Below the pieces are notes generated by a model. That model saw nothing but the letters and a program-made list of their open reading frames with translations. It ran no database searches and was not told where the DNA came from. Position numbers and translations under genes: made by a program. From assembly GCF_018977255.1 (NCBI RefSeq), contig NW_024704742.1:97280001-97344000 (forward strand): a DNA stretch of 64,000 nucleotides, written 5' to 3'. The DNA is from Callorhinchus milii (lineage: Eukaryota). Shown piece by piece: positions 35,931 to 48,840 of the stretch. Every line of letters begins with the position of its first letter. Within the stretch, counting starts at the first letter, position 1.

Positions 35931-36789
35931 TCAGTAATGACGGTATTTTGGAACCATTTGCATCAGCTACTGCAAAGAGGATGAGCCAGTGAAACTCACG
36001 TCTTTTTCTGACTATTACCATGGAATATTTGGCATTCATCTACTATGGGCATTTGGGAACTAGCTTTGGTATCTCATTTGAAAGGCAGCACCTTTGTCAA
36101 TGCAATAGTCACTATTGCACTGGAGGTCACTATCAACTTAGACTACAAGATTATGTCCCAACACAAGGCTGGAACCCACAACTTCTGCAAGGTTCAAGAA
36201 CTACCAATTGAGCTAAGCTGAAACACATTAAACTGCTGGTTCCAGTATACTCTGGAATGTTGTAAACCTACCTATAAAATTCAGACACTTCAATGTTGAG
36301 GGAGAAAAACACAAATAAAATATCAGATCTGATCAGAATTTGTAATAAAGAACTTGCATCGTGACTTGTAATTATAGTCCACTGGCAATAAACATTTGCT
36401 GCTGAATTATAATTATATTAAATGTTTGACCCACTGCAAACATGTGGAAGTACGTAAAGCTAAGGATGCAATTGTCTTCTTGGTTATATATCAAGAAAAG
36501 AATATGAAGCTAGAAAACAACCTTTCTTGACAGTGTAAAAAAAACAACAAAATAAAGCACGTATTGAATAAGTTGTTCGGGTTTGTACCAAGTTTATTTT
36601 CCATATGGATTTGAGACAAATTATGGTGGGGACGTTTTAGTGGAACTTTCTTCTTGAATGAATGTGTGTAAGTCAATGATTTAGAAACTATTTTGCCTTT
36701 ACATTCTTGCCTATCTCCCTACATTAACATGGGCCAAGGATGATAATCTGTACTCATACAGCTGCCAATGTTGCTCTTGAGCTGGCTGC

Positions 36790-38300
36790 TAGTAGGTTCT
36801 CAAAGATTTTGAGAAAGTGTTTGTAAAAGTTCCATGTGCATGAAATTAAACAAAGATTAATGCTGGTGGAATTAATGGAAAAATGCCTCGATGAAATGAA
36901 AATGGTCTTAGGGAGGCAATAGGGAAGAGAATCTATTGAAAGAAAATGGAAAAAGAAACTCTGCCAAGATGGTGTTCAACACATACAGAGTTCCGCTGGG
37001 ATCCACCTCACATCATATGCAATTTGCTCTAACCTAGTCTTCTAATCTTTTCCAACAAAAAGATTCTTATGTAAATATTCTCTGATCCCAAGACTTGGAG
37101 GTGAATACTTGTATTATTTTAAATGTAATAATACACTGTATTAATAATCAATGTGTTGATAAAATCAAGCAATGTGACCAGGTGACTAATACAAATGAGA
37201 TAAACAGCATTCCAGCAGATCTGAATCAATTAAACAGATGGTCCAAGGAACGACAGATGGATTTTAATGTAGCAAAAATTGTAACATAATGCATATTGAA
37301 ACAGGAAACAACAAACATGTATAAACAACAAGAGAGTAAAAGTGGAAAAGGAAAAGGACATGGATGTGATTATTTATTATTCACTGAGGTTTCAACACAA
37401 TGAAAAGATTTCATCAAATATGCTAGGATACATCTTCATAGCATTTGACTATAAGCTGAAATAAGTTCTTCTAAACTTATACAGATTGCTGATGAGGCTA
37501 CATTTCTAATAATATCTGCAGTTTTTCAAATGGACATTAATGCATTTTAAAATATTCTTTTGAAGAGTAAATGGGTAAATATTTGCTTACGTTTGAGTTT
37601 TGCTGCTGTCTATGTGGTATTCTTGGTGTTGCCTTTGCAAAAAAAAAGAGTATGGTTATAAATAAATCTTTCGGAGGAAATTCTGTGACTTGTATCATAT
37701 ATCAAGCGGCGTGGCTCACACTGTTGTTCATGAGCCCCACATGTAACATGTAACCGTTTTGCCTACAAAATATACAGGCAATTCACTTTATAGCATATTC
37801 TGTGAAGCACTTTGAGACGTCTCAACGATGTGATAAGGCGCAATATCAAATGCAAGGATTATTATTATTTATACAGCTCAGTGCAAATCTGGGTTCAACA
37901 ACATTGGTTTAGTGCTTTCAGTTATAATTTATAAGGAGAGATTCACAGTGCTGAACTTGTTTATTTACATTGCAAAAAAGATTGAAGCAGAACATGATTC
38001 AAATCTTTAAAATGCTGAGAGAGTTAAATACTTAAATGTATTCAGGCTATTTGACTTGGATTGGGAATAAGAGGCCATGGGCTAAAATGAACAAGTTTTA
38101 GTAAGACAAGAATAAACAAAAATTTACCCCCTCAAAAAATAGTGGAAAGAACTCCCAGCAAAAATTAGTTGATGAAATCTTGTTTAACTAGATCAAAATG
38201 ATTGGATAGGTATCTAGTTGGTGTTAGAGTGTTAAGGGGCACAGTGATACATATGAACTGGGATAATAAAGTTCTCCAATGGACACAATGATTTCTACAA
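36790..38300 (+). mobile_element. Highly decayed CR1 LINE, fragmented and interrupted
   Basis: DFEKVFVKVP (DFxKAFDKVP-like) and DLNQLNRWSKERQMDFNVAK. Confidence 0.6.
37760..37870 (+). mobile_element. 5'-truncated young SINE lying within a decayed CR1
   Basis: GTGAAGCACTTTGAGACGTCTCAACGATGTGATAAGGCGC...GCAAGGATTATT. Confidence 0.8.
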
Positions 38301-39997
38301 TGCTAGGGCTTGGAGAGGGCAATTGCTTTCTTTGGAGAACAGCAGATCAAACTGAATAGTGGAGATGTGCAGATGAATGAATATTTTGCTTAAATGCATT
38401 TGGGGACTGGAGAATATTTACTTTAGAAAATTCCTGCAGGAATCTTAATGAATGGATTAATCATGGATGTCCCATGTTAGGACAAAATGTGCATGATCTG
38501 GAGGAAAAACAGGTTTGATGGTCCAAAGAGCATTTTCTCATTTTATGTGTTGTTACGTTTTCATGGTCTGCGAGATTCTGCAAGATTGTGTAGTGAGAAT
38601 CCTTTACATCCACATCGACAGATTGCAACATTAATGTCTTAATTTGGTATGTTATGATCCTCAAAGCCTTCATGAAGGTACACTGGCAGCCTGGAGGCGT
38701 TGTAGAGGGGTAACACATTTGAGTTTAGATATAAGATTGTAGGGCAGAAGTTAAATAAATCAACAGCATACAAGATTTAGAAAATGTTCTGGACATAAAC
38801 ATGTCAATATTCAACTGCGGGCTTCAGAACTCAGTCGATGTGGAATTAATTCATAAATCAATGGAACAACAATGTGAGATTGCTGTTATATTTATAATTG
38901 CTAGATGGTGTTTTGGAAAACAGGTGAATTTAAATTACTGTTTGTTAAAGTGAAGCTAAGCAGTAAATTTAAGCGGTTTAAGTAGGCAAAAAGTACCAAT
39001 ATTTTTCTAATATGAACCGTTCAAGAAATCATTAGAAACTTTCAGGAACAGTTCCAGTAACATTATTCTAATGTGGCATTACTACAGATTTGTTTCATTT
39101 GACATGGTCAAAAAAACACAGCTCTGGAAATTTTTTCCAACAAAACATTAATTTAAAATAACCGCAAGAAACATTCTTTCTTCAAGAATTTGCAGTAAAT
39201 TTATTGACCGTGATTGTAATGGAACGTGGTGAAACTTCATTGTTAGTACAGAATTATGTGCTATTAGATGTGTTGAGATTGCAAGAAGATGATTGTCTTT
39301 AACTTATTTAGGAAACAGACACATTCACACGTTTTGGCTAAAACTTCAGTTAAAAAGAATGCAAATGTCTGAATGAAAGTGAGCATTTGGGATGCAAGTA
39401 TCAACTGTGATACTTCCATCTGAAAAAAAATCCTGCCAGTGTATACTAATGGTCTAGAAAGCCAGTTATGACTGTTAAAATAAATTTTATACAGGCATTA
39501 GTAATGGTGATATGAGTGAGTCAGTTGCAGAAAAACAGCAGCAATGATAAAAGTGATGCTGATGATCATGAGTTTGGCAGTGATGGTGATGGTGGCAGTA
39601 CTGTGATTAATTGCCACTGTGTGTGTTTTGGGATGTTAAATCCAAAAATAAAATGCAGAATACTCTCGTGATAATGGAAGAACTCCATTACCTAACACAG
39701 AATCGCATCAGAAAGAAAACACACATCTAAATTCCACTGGTAGGACTACAAAGTCAACATTACATTTTAGCAACAGTTTGATAAGAAATTAATCATATTC
39801 AAATTTCAGCATGCTCAGCATGTCTGAGATTCTTCCAATTAAGTAAGAGTCAGCAATTTCTGATATTGCTTGCTATTTAAAATACCAATACTGTTTTATG
39901 AAGATATCATACATGAATATTTCCCTCTTTTATAACTATAATTTAGCTTTTAAATCAGATATACTATTCAAACCATTGGATAAGATCTTATATTGAG

Positions 39998-40382
39998 GTC
40001 AGCTTGGCTCAGTTGGTAATACTCACAATTCTGAGTCAGAATGTTGAGGGTTCAAGCCCCACTTCAGGACTTTTTCAGCTCATAGTTTAGGCTGACACTC
40101 CATTGCCGCGCTGGCAAAGTCCTGCATTGTCAGAGTTGCATTCTGTCGTTCGGATAAGACGTTAATCTGCGGTCCCGTCTGCCTGTTTAAGTGGACTTTA
40201 AAGATCTTTATTCAATAGGAGAAAGTCCTGGCTAACAATCCCTCAAGTAAAAATGGTCATTAACTTCATGGCTGTTTGTGGGGCATTGCAATGGGCAAAT
40301 TGGATGCTGTGCTTGCCTAAAAAATACAGTTACATTCAAATAAATCATACAATAAATCTTATAAAATGCTTTGAGATATCTT
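39998..40382 (+). mobile_element. Older DeuSINE (SacSINE1-like)
   Basis: GTCAGCTTGGCTCAGTTGGTAATACTC...GAGTCAGAATGTTGAGGGTTCAAGCCCC...GGCTGACACTCC, followed by the core. Confidence 0.8.
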
Positions 40383-40419
40383 CAATATGGAATTCAATAT
40401 GGAAATTCAATATGGAAAT
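40381..40419. repeat. Short tandem repeat TTCAATATGGAA(A) x3
   Basis: Directly visible. Confidence 0.85.
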
Positions 40420-41404
40420 CTGAAATGCCTATTTGAAAGACTTGTTCCATTAACTTGGTTAGATTTCTGTAACTGTAATTTTAATATACATACTGATTGT
40501 ATTTATCAGATGACAACTGTGATGATGCCCTTCTCTAGATTTCCTAAAAATGTAAGAACTGAATTGATTTCATGAGTCAACTGAATAAAATATACACAAC
40601 ACTTCCTTTAAAGTGCAGGGTTAAAATAATACTATGGGCCTCAAATTGTTAAAGGTCCAATAGCTTACAGATACAGCCGTTTTATTTTAAAAGTAAATGA
40701 TCAAAGTCAGTTTTGTAAGACAAATGTACTCAATCCTTGTTAACTCTTTTGAAAAGGCCACCCGTGGAAACATAATAGCACAATAACATAGTACTGAAAT
40801 TCTATCTCTGAAGTTTTGATTTCATATTCAGCCTAAACTGATGGCATTAAAATTTCTGTCCTTTACTGACTGTGATGATTGTATACATAATTAGCCATAC
40901 ACCGGTCTACTAATGAATGTGGTTCAATGTTCCATGAGACAAGCAACAAAGTACAGGAAATGGAAATATCAAAGTTGTTCTTTATGGGCTAGCCTGCCAG
41001 TGGTGCCCCATTCCCCCCTAAATCTTAGAAGAGTCCCCCTCCTTGGAGCTAAGTTTATGCACCTCCTAGCCCATCAGTATTTATAGAACTAAATTAATCA
41101 GGAAGCCATTTATCAGGGCATTGGGGCAGCAATATATACAAGGTGTTGTTACCAAGAAAAGAGTGTGGGGTGAGGGAGGGGGGGGGGGGGGGGGGACGAC
41201 AACGGCTTGCCCTTAGAGATGGGCCTGCAAATGATATAAATAAACTGAAAAAATTGGCTCCCCACAAGAGCTCCCCTCCTTGTGGGCACTAATGTAGCCT
41301 GTACTTCCTAATTTAGGGGTTAATCACATTGGGGGTAATATTTTGCTTACTGCTAAATATAGCAAACATAATGATTTGTTGGGTCATTCTTTAAAGAAAG
41401 AAAA

Positions 41405-41710
41405 TGTTGCATTTTATAGCACCTTATCTTGTCAAAATGTCTCAGAGTAAATTGTGTCAAGTGTAGTGACTGTTTCTGTCAGCAAACACAGCAGCCACTT
41501 GAACCAGCAAGGTCTAATAAATAGCCATGATGTGAATGACCAATTAATCCAGAGGATTATTGGTCTGAACACTGGAGAAGCTCCCTTTTATTTTTGAACA
41601 GTATCAATATCTTTAGCATCCGCCTGAACTGGAGGATGGGAACCTGGTTTAACATCTTAACTGAAGGATTGACTTTTGTTAATACAGTGGTGCATTGTAG
41701 TGTCAGACTT
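41405..41710 (-). mobile_element. Older DeuSINE, decayed
   Basis: GGAGAAGCTCCC and CCTGGTTTAACATCTTAACTGAAGGA. Confidence 0.55.
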
Positions 41711-42640
41711 AATTTTGTAGCTTCAAACAGATCATGTTAAATTGACCATTTCCTCCATTTTCCAGAAGATTTAAATTCTAGAATATGAGGTAGAAATGTT
41801 GTAAATAGCACGGAACATGAATAATTTGCCATTTTGTGATCTCCCAAAATTTAGCCTGGCTGATAGAGATCTAACTTTAACTAAAAACTGTAAATGCAGG
41901 AATATCCAGCCAGTTTTCCAAAGAGGGTCCCTTGTATAAAATACCTGGAATGTGACTTTAATAATCTCTCTATTCATCTGAAGATTCTATTGTTGATACA
42001 CTTTTCTGTAAACACTGCTTTCCCATAACAATTGCACTGATCTTCTTCTGGGAGAATACATTCAGTCTGCTTTAGCGAAGGTATGCTGGGGGTGTGGGAA
42101 GTGAAATCTGTGCTCCAGATTGAATGGCTGTTCTTGGGGGCCATGTTTCTAACTTCCTTCCGTAATCAGGAGAGATAGAGAATTCCAACTGCAGACTGTA
42201 ATTACCCAGCCCGATGTAATTAGAATATTCAAATGATTTAAAAATCCCTCTGGATGTGTGTTCTGTTTTGAAACTAGCCATAAAAAGCATAAATCTCTGC
42301 TGCAGCATCAAGTACTATAATGGCCACTTTTCCATCCTACAGGCAGTCAATCATTGTTTAGATTGGTCTTTTTCTCATACCATCAAGTTCTTTGATAGAA
42401 GGAGATCTTGAACTACTGAATAAAATTAAGTTGCAAACATTGTTATTCTCACCACATGGTAGGATTCTGAATGAAGAGGTAATAATGCCAGAAGGTTACG
42501 ATGGACCATCTTCAACGGCAGCAGACTTTACCTGTACATTATATACACTGTTGGCAAGTTGACTTTAAATTCCATCAGCTGTAAATTAAATGTATTGAAG
42601 TAAATGTATGCTTATTATACAGCCCATTTTATCTATTGAG

Positions 42641-42753
42641 ATAATAATAATCCTTGCATCTGATATAGCATTTTATCACATCATTGAGACGTCTCAAAGC
42701 ACTTTACAGAATATACTGTAAAGTGAATCGACTGTATATTTTGTGGGCGAAAA
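42641..42753 (-). mobile_element. 5'-truncated young SINE
   Basis: Reverse-complement tail (AAT)n-CCTTGCATCTGATATAGC...GTGGGCGAAA. Confidence 0.85.
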
Positions 42754-42807
42754 CAAATTCCATCAAGAATTAATTTATTCATTTTTGTTGGTGGAGGGGT
42801 AAAATTA

Positions 42808-43222
42808 AAATAATCCTTGCATTTGATTTAGCACGTTTTACGTCACAAAAACAGCTGAAAGCGCTTCACAAGATTTACTGTATAGTGTATTATGTAGAGT
42901 AACAGGCAATTTATATATAATGATGTCCGATAAACAGCCATGAAGCGAAATGATCAATTATTATCTGAGGGGTTGTTGGTCAGGAGACCGGGAGAAACTC
43001 CCTTGTTTTTTTTAAATTTGTGTAATGAGATTTTTAACAACCACCTAAACAGTAAGGCAGGACCTCAATTTAATGTCTCTCCGAAGGATGGGACCTCCAA
43101 CAAACTAACGCTTTCCCAGCACTGCACTAGAGTGTTAGCCAAGTTAGTTCTGACATGGGGCTTGAATCGTCAACCCTCTAAGCCAGAGATGAGAGTACTA
43201 CTAACTGAATTCAGGCTACCTG
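42808..43222 (-). mobile_element. Older DeuSINE
   Basis: Reverse-complement tail, GGAGAAACTCCC, CCGAAGGATGGGACCTCC, GGGCTTGAATC. Confidence 0.7.
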
Positions 43223-46200
43223 TCTGATATAAATACATGAATGTTTTACAATGGTAGTGAGCAATACATTTTATTTGTCAATTCCCACCTGAATTATGCC
43301 AAAATAAAATTAACTTTAGTGGAGCAATCTGTAAAACATAAATGTAGTATATAGACACATCAATAAATCTGCATACGTCTTTCACACACACAGATCCTTC
43401 TATACCAAAATACAGGTGAACAAATATTTGGGCACATTTGGAAAGCATTCTCTACATAAGGTATCATTCAGTGATATTTAAAACACTGGTTTGTTCACCA
43501 GATAGTGGTGGCGACTCATAACTCGCTGAACAGATTTAGATTGGTAAACTAAACTTTCTGAATGAAAGCTTGATTTTACCCCTATATTGGACACTCAGAA
43601 ACCTATGGGGTTTCTTCAAAAAATGAAGTCAAAGAACAAAGAAGCGGATTTCTTCAGTGAATGCATGTCAGCATCTTGGATCTTATGTAATACTGGGACA
43701 AATTCAGTCTGCTAAATTGACTTTAATCCTCTGAGAGTTATGAACAGAGATCAAGTCTGATTTGAGGTACAGTGTTAGACATCAGAAATGACTGATGAGA
43801 AGAAAGAGAGTAATCTTGTTATGATACCAGTGTAGGAGTTCTATGCATCTGGTTAGATAGATAGCTCTATGCATATATAGGTCAACAAAATGGAAACTCT
43901 TTATTCAGTTCAAAGCTTGACTTTCCTAAGACGGTGAACCAGTCTGCTGTATTCTTTAACACACATGGAGAATGCTGCCTCCGACATAGCTGAATGATTC
44001 AGCACAACACCAACTTTCTTCAGCTCCTGGTTGAAGAATAATTCAGTCACAAACCTACCCTCTGTTCATCACCAGCCAGGTGTCATGGTGCAACTCTTGA
44101 CAGCAAATGTCTTCCTTTCAGCCAGATATAACTGGAATACATTACATTAATTAAGCCTTTGGTGATTTACTGTCCTTAGAGAAAAGTCCAACAATGTAAT
44201 TAAGAGCATACTGGCTATATTAAATATGAATATTCAAACAGTGTCAATTAATTAGCCAACAGATCTATCTCATTATGCCTCTGAAGCCCTAAACTCCTCC
44301 AAGATACCTTTTAAGGGTCATTAAGGTGGAGAAGGAATGTTAAGATGACCAAAGTGGTCTTTATATTGTGCATAAATATTTTTAAATAATGGCTTTCTCT
44401 AACACCCCTGACAGTAGCCCTGCTGTAAATATTGTGCTTAGAAAAGATCATTTGAAAGGGCTTCAAGCAGATGCAGGTTAGAGTTAAATATTGGGGCTTT
44501 TTAAACCCACCATGACGCTAATCCGCCATGTACCTTCTCTCAGACATGTTAGAAAGATAAATATTAAATCTGCTATCACAAAGGGAGCTGTTAAATAGAT
44601 ACTAAGCTGATATGCATAAAAAATTAATTAGGTAGTTTTCTCAGCATCAGAACCTTGGACAAATAACTACTTGTAAAGTACACCTTCTGGGCATATTGAA
44701 CATATGCTAGAATTATCCTTAATTGACTAATTACATAAATTACTCATTAATTTTACAGCACATCAATTATAAAAGATATATCAATTAATTTTGCATAAAT
44801 TAAGACAGGAGAGCAAAAAAAAAACGCACGAGAAGCCCATTGCAGCATCCGGGGGAAAATATCTTTGTATATTTCTGGATTAAAAGGATTATTTGCACTG
44901 CTCGAGGATGAGAGATTTCTTACCACCAAAAAAAATGGCAATTAAAATTGTCGTAACGACCACTTACGACGTGATCATGCATGCAGCAAGGCGAAACAGA
45001 CCATTTAAATCAATTAGGATTACTCTGATGGAAAATGAGAGCTTGGCAATGACAAAGCGTTAATACATTAGTAATCACAAATGATTTAACATCCACATTA
45101 AATGCCTGAGTGGGTATTAAGGCTTATTTTCCTAAGTCAGCAGGGTGCTCAGAAAAGGAAAAAAGTTGTTTTAGTCTCGTCCCAAAGTATACTTTCTCGC
45201 CCCTGTCCTCTGTAAATCATTCGCAAAGACTATTGCAGATACTGGAAAAACCGAGAAAGAAGAGGATCCAAAACAATCAGCTTCTGCAAGAGTTTTTTCA
45301 TGCTGCAGGCAACTGACTCTTGCAAGTTTTCGTCCGAGTTGGAAAGAACAAACGGGAAATATAAAACATTGTGAAAGGCGCCTGGTTGGCAAGTGTCTGC
45401 ATTGCATTTCATTTACATCAACTCGTTCTTATGCATTGCCCTCAACATTGCCCACAGGTGCGGCTCTGAAGTATAACTTTGAGGCTATCCATCTCTTCCA
45501 AAGTAGCCCTCAATCCTCAATCTGCCCCACAACCCAAAGATGTGCGCTTCTGAACAAGGCAACGATACATCACAGATATGTCTGGGGTGGAACATATATA
45601 TGTATATATATATCTTCCTGTTGTTTATGAAGTTGCATTCCAACTTACTGTGCAGTTTGGCAGGGCTACACAGCACTTGCTTGATATAAGGAGTGTCCCA
45701 GGGAGACAGACAACAGCTATAAAAAGATCCCCTTCCCTTCCACAAAATATAGAATAATATGACCTCTGCGGATGCGGTATTAATCCTATCAAGATTGTAC
45801 ACATTAGATATGCATGCGTATTATTTCACCTAAATCTGGGTTGCTGAGCGCATAGTGAACGACAGCCTGGGCTGTCCATCTCTCAGCTCAGATCTGCTCA
45901 CAGACTTTACTCAAACCAGAGTGAAAATCAGAAAACTCCAGAACAGCACAGCCACTGAACAGAGTCAAGAAATTCAATCTAAATATCCAGGGATACAACA
46001 ATTAAAGTTCAGTATTTTCAACTGGGGGGAACAATGCCTTTTTCTAGCTCTGTTTACACAATAATTGCAACGTTTTCAATGTTTGTGATGTTTCTAGTGT
46101 TTTACAGAATTCAGGTATAAAAACATCGCGTGTGTGCAAGAAGAAGCAAATCTAGGTTAATATTGACTATTTACTTTTTGAACCGATAAAAGGAATCGAT

Positions 46201-46919
46201 ATTTATAAAGAGATTTTTTTTCTAAATAAAAGAGAACCAGTTTCATAGTGATCGGTTAGTTTCTTTGGTCTTTTCATCTCTCGCTCGTCTGCTTTATGCA
46301 AACACAGGGAGGTGCTGTTTGCTGCCAGAGTCTTATTTATCTCCTTCCTGTGATTCTGTTGCCAAAAAAATAAATGGGATCTACGGGAAGAAATTTAGCT
46401 GAAGCTAGAGTGGACAATTTTTAACATTATAATCTTACCTTAATTTTCACACGTTCACAGACAATATCTTTGTTTTGTGGAACACTGTATGGGTGATGTT
46501 CAATGGCTGATCAATATGAATTGTTTCAATTTGCAGGGTCAGGTTCAGCTAGGATTACATTGTAATGTGCTTACCCATGTCCCCAACAAAGTAAGGTGGA
46601 TAATGTGAAAGGGGTGGTGGATGTCTTCACAGCCTCAGCTCTGAGTCCAGAGCTTTTCCAGAGCATTTCATCAGGGCAATAAGGGCAAGCAGTGATATCA
46701 AAACCATTGCAACTTTGTGCTGAATCTATCTTCATTGGAGGGCAAACCTGAGAACCTACACTCCTTAGGATCTGCCCATGTTTTTGCTGTCTCAATTTAG
46801 ACTGTTCCTGTCACAGTGCCCTCTGTTGAAGCATTAGTTACTCCAACTTTAGGCAGAAGAGATGTGTTTAAACCAAACATCGCAAAGCTCATCTGGTGTT
46901 TGTACTAGGTTCTACCCTT

Positions 46920-48840
46920 TTCATTACCTCCCAGCTCCACCTCCTTGCCCCTCTACTCACAGACATCACAAATCTCTCCCTATCCGCTGACACCATTCCC
47001 ATCACTTTTAAAATGGCCGTAATCACTCCTATCCTTAAAAAACCCTCCCTGGAGCCATCCCTGCTCTCAAACTACTGCCCCATTTCCAACCTTCCTTTCC
47101 TTTCCAAGGTCGTGGAATGAGTCGTTGCTTTCCTGCTTCGCTACTTCCTCTTCCACCACTCCCTTCACAAACCCCTCCATTCGGGTTTCTGTGCCACCAC
47201 CAGCACAAGAAATAGCTTTCGTCAAAGTGACAAATGACCTTCTGTCCATCTGCGACCAGAGCTCCCTCTGCCTCCTTGTCCTCCTTGACCTCTCTGCTGA
47301 CTTTGATAACATTGACCACTCTATCCTCCACCACCACCACTCCTCTCACCTCAACCTTCATAGTTCTGTGCTTGACTGGTTCAGCTCCTAACCTCTCACA
47401 CCATCTCCACTTCATCTCCACAAACGGCTTCTCCCCTAGTCCCCGTACTGTTTCGTCCGGTGTTCCTCAGGGCTCTGTCCTTGGTCCTCTCCTCTTCACT
47501 ATCTATATGCTCCCTCTTGGTGACAACCAGTGGAGTCCTGTAGCTCAGTGGTTAGAGCACTCGCTTTGCAAGCGAGAGACCTGAGTTCAATTCCAGGCAG
47601 AGGGCGAAACCTTGGGCAAGTTTCCTTACTCCACACGCCTAATAATAATCCCTCCAAAACCCAAAACAATAATAAATTGATCATTTTCAATCTACGACTG
47701 TTTGTGGGACATTGCTGTGCGCAATTGGCTGCCGCGTTCGCCCACAAATAATCAGTCAATTCACTTTACAGTGTGTTCTGTGAAGCGCTTTGGGACGTCC
47801 TCCCGACGTGAAAAGCGCTATATCAAATGCAAGGATTATTATTATTATTATTATTATTATCATCCACAGGCATGGAGTCAACCTCCACATGTATGCGGAT
47901 GACACCCAACTCCATCTCTCTGCCTCCACCCTTGACTCCAGGTTCCCTGTTGTCCTGACAGAATGTCTATCAGACATCAAGTCCTGGATGAGAGCTAATT
48001 TTCTTCAGTTGAACGTCAACAAGACTGAGGCTCTATTGATTGGCTCCCATCAGCGCCTCCTCATTTCAGATACTGACAGCTTCATCATTCAAGGATGAAC
48101 ACTCCACCTTATTAAGCCAGACTGGAACCTTGGGATCCTGTTTGACCCTCAACTATCCTTTCTACCATCTGTGCCATAACCTGCTCTGCCTTCTCCTACC
48201 TCCACAACACGCCTTCACACCGCAGGCCGCCGAGACCCTCATACACGCATTCATAACAACCAAGCATGACTAGACAAACTCCCTGCTTGTCAGCCTCCCC
48301 AACTCCTCCCTCCATAGACTGCAGATCATCCAGAACACTGCAGCCCATGTCCTCTCTCGCACCCAGCTCCGTGACCCTATCACCCCCATCCTTGACCGAC
48401 TCCACTGGCTTTCCATCACACAGAACTAGATCCTGGTCCTCATCTTCAAAGCCCTCCATGGTCTTGCTCCCCCTTACCTCTGTGACATCCTAACCCCCTA
48501 CCAACCTGCCCACTCCCTCCGCTCAGCGGGCTCTGGCCTGCTTCACGTCACTCACCCGCCTCGCCCACCCCACCATTAGCCACTTCAACCACTCTGCCCC
48601 CATCCTCTGGAACTCCACCCCCCAGATGCTCAGCCTCACTCCTTCCATTATGTCCTTCAAGACCCATCTCAAGACTCTCCTCTTCGACCGTGCCTTCGAT
48701 CAGCCTCCTTCTCCCCTTGCTCTTCACCCTCCCCAATCCCACCCTCCAGCTCGGGTACGAAACACTGACTCGCTAGTGCCTTGGGACGTCCTCCCGACAT
48801 GAAAGGTGCTATACAAATGTAACTTTGTTGTTGTTGTTGT
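46920..48840 (+). mobile_element. 5'-truncated L2-clade LINE (RT domain plus 3' end), decayed and interrupted by a SINE
   Basis: Translated RT motifs [65 protein letters not shown]; tail GGGACGTCCTCCCGAC...AAATGTAACTT(TGT)n. Confidence 0.92.
47532..47858 (+). mobile_element. Full-length young tRNA(Ala)-derived SINE with a Deu-type core and L2-like tail
   Basis: Head GGAGTCCTGTAGCTCAGTGGTTAGAGC (A box); anticodon arm CTCGC-TTTGCAA-GCGAG; B box GTTCAATTCC; core TTTGTGGGACATTGCTGTGCGCAATTGGCTGCC; tail ...GCGCTATATCAAATGCAAGG(ATT)n. Confidence 0.92.

Noticed and set aside
41174..41195. Poly-G run (possible G-quadruplex); similar runs at ~27876 and ~63214
   Set aside because: Simple homopolymers of uncertain assembled length with no supporting context.
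43910..44065. Minus-strand peptide ELKKVGVVLNHSAMSEAAFS...YSRL, faintly like a hAT dimerisation domain
   Set aside because: The similarity is too weak to support by eye; it would need an HMM search.
47532..47605. tRNA-Ala(TGC)-like gene (also at 19880 and ~60000-60074)
   Set aside because: No proper acceptor stem, and each is followed by the SINE core and tail, so these are SINE heads.
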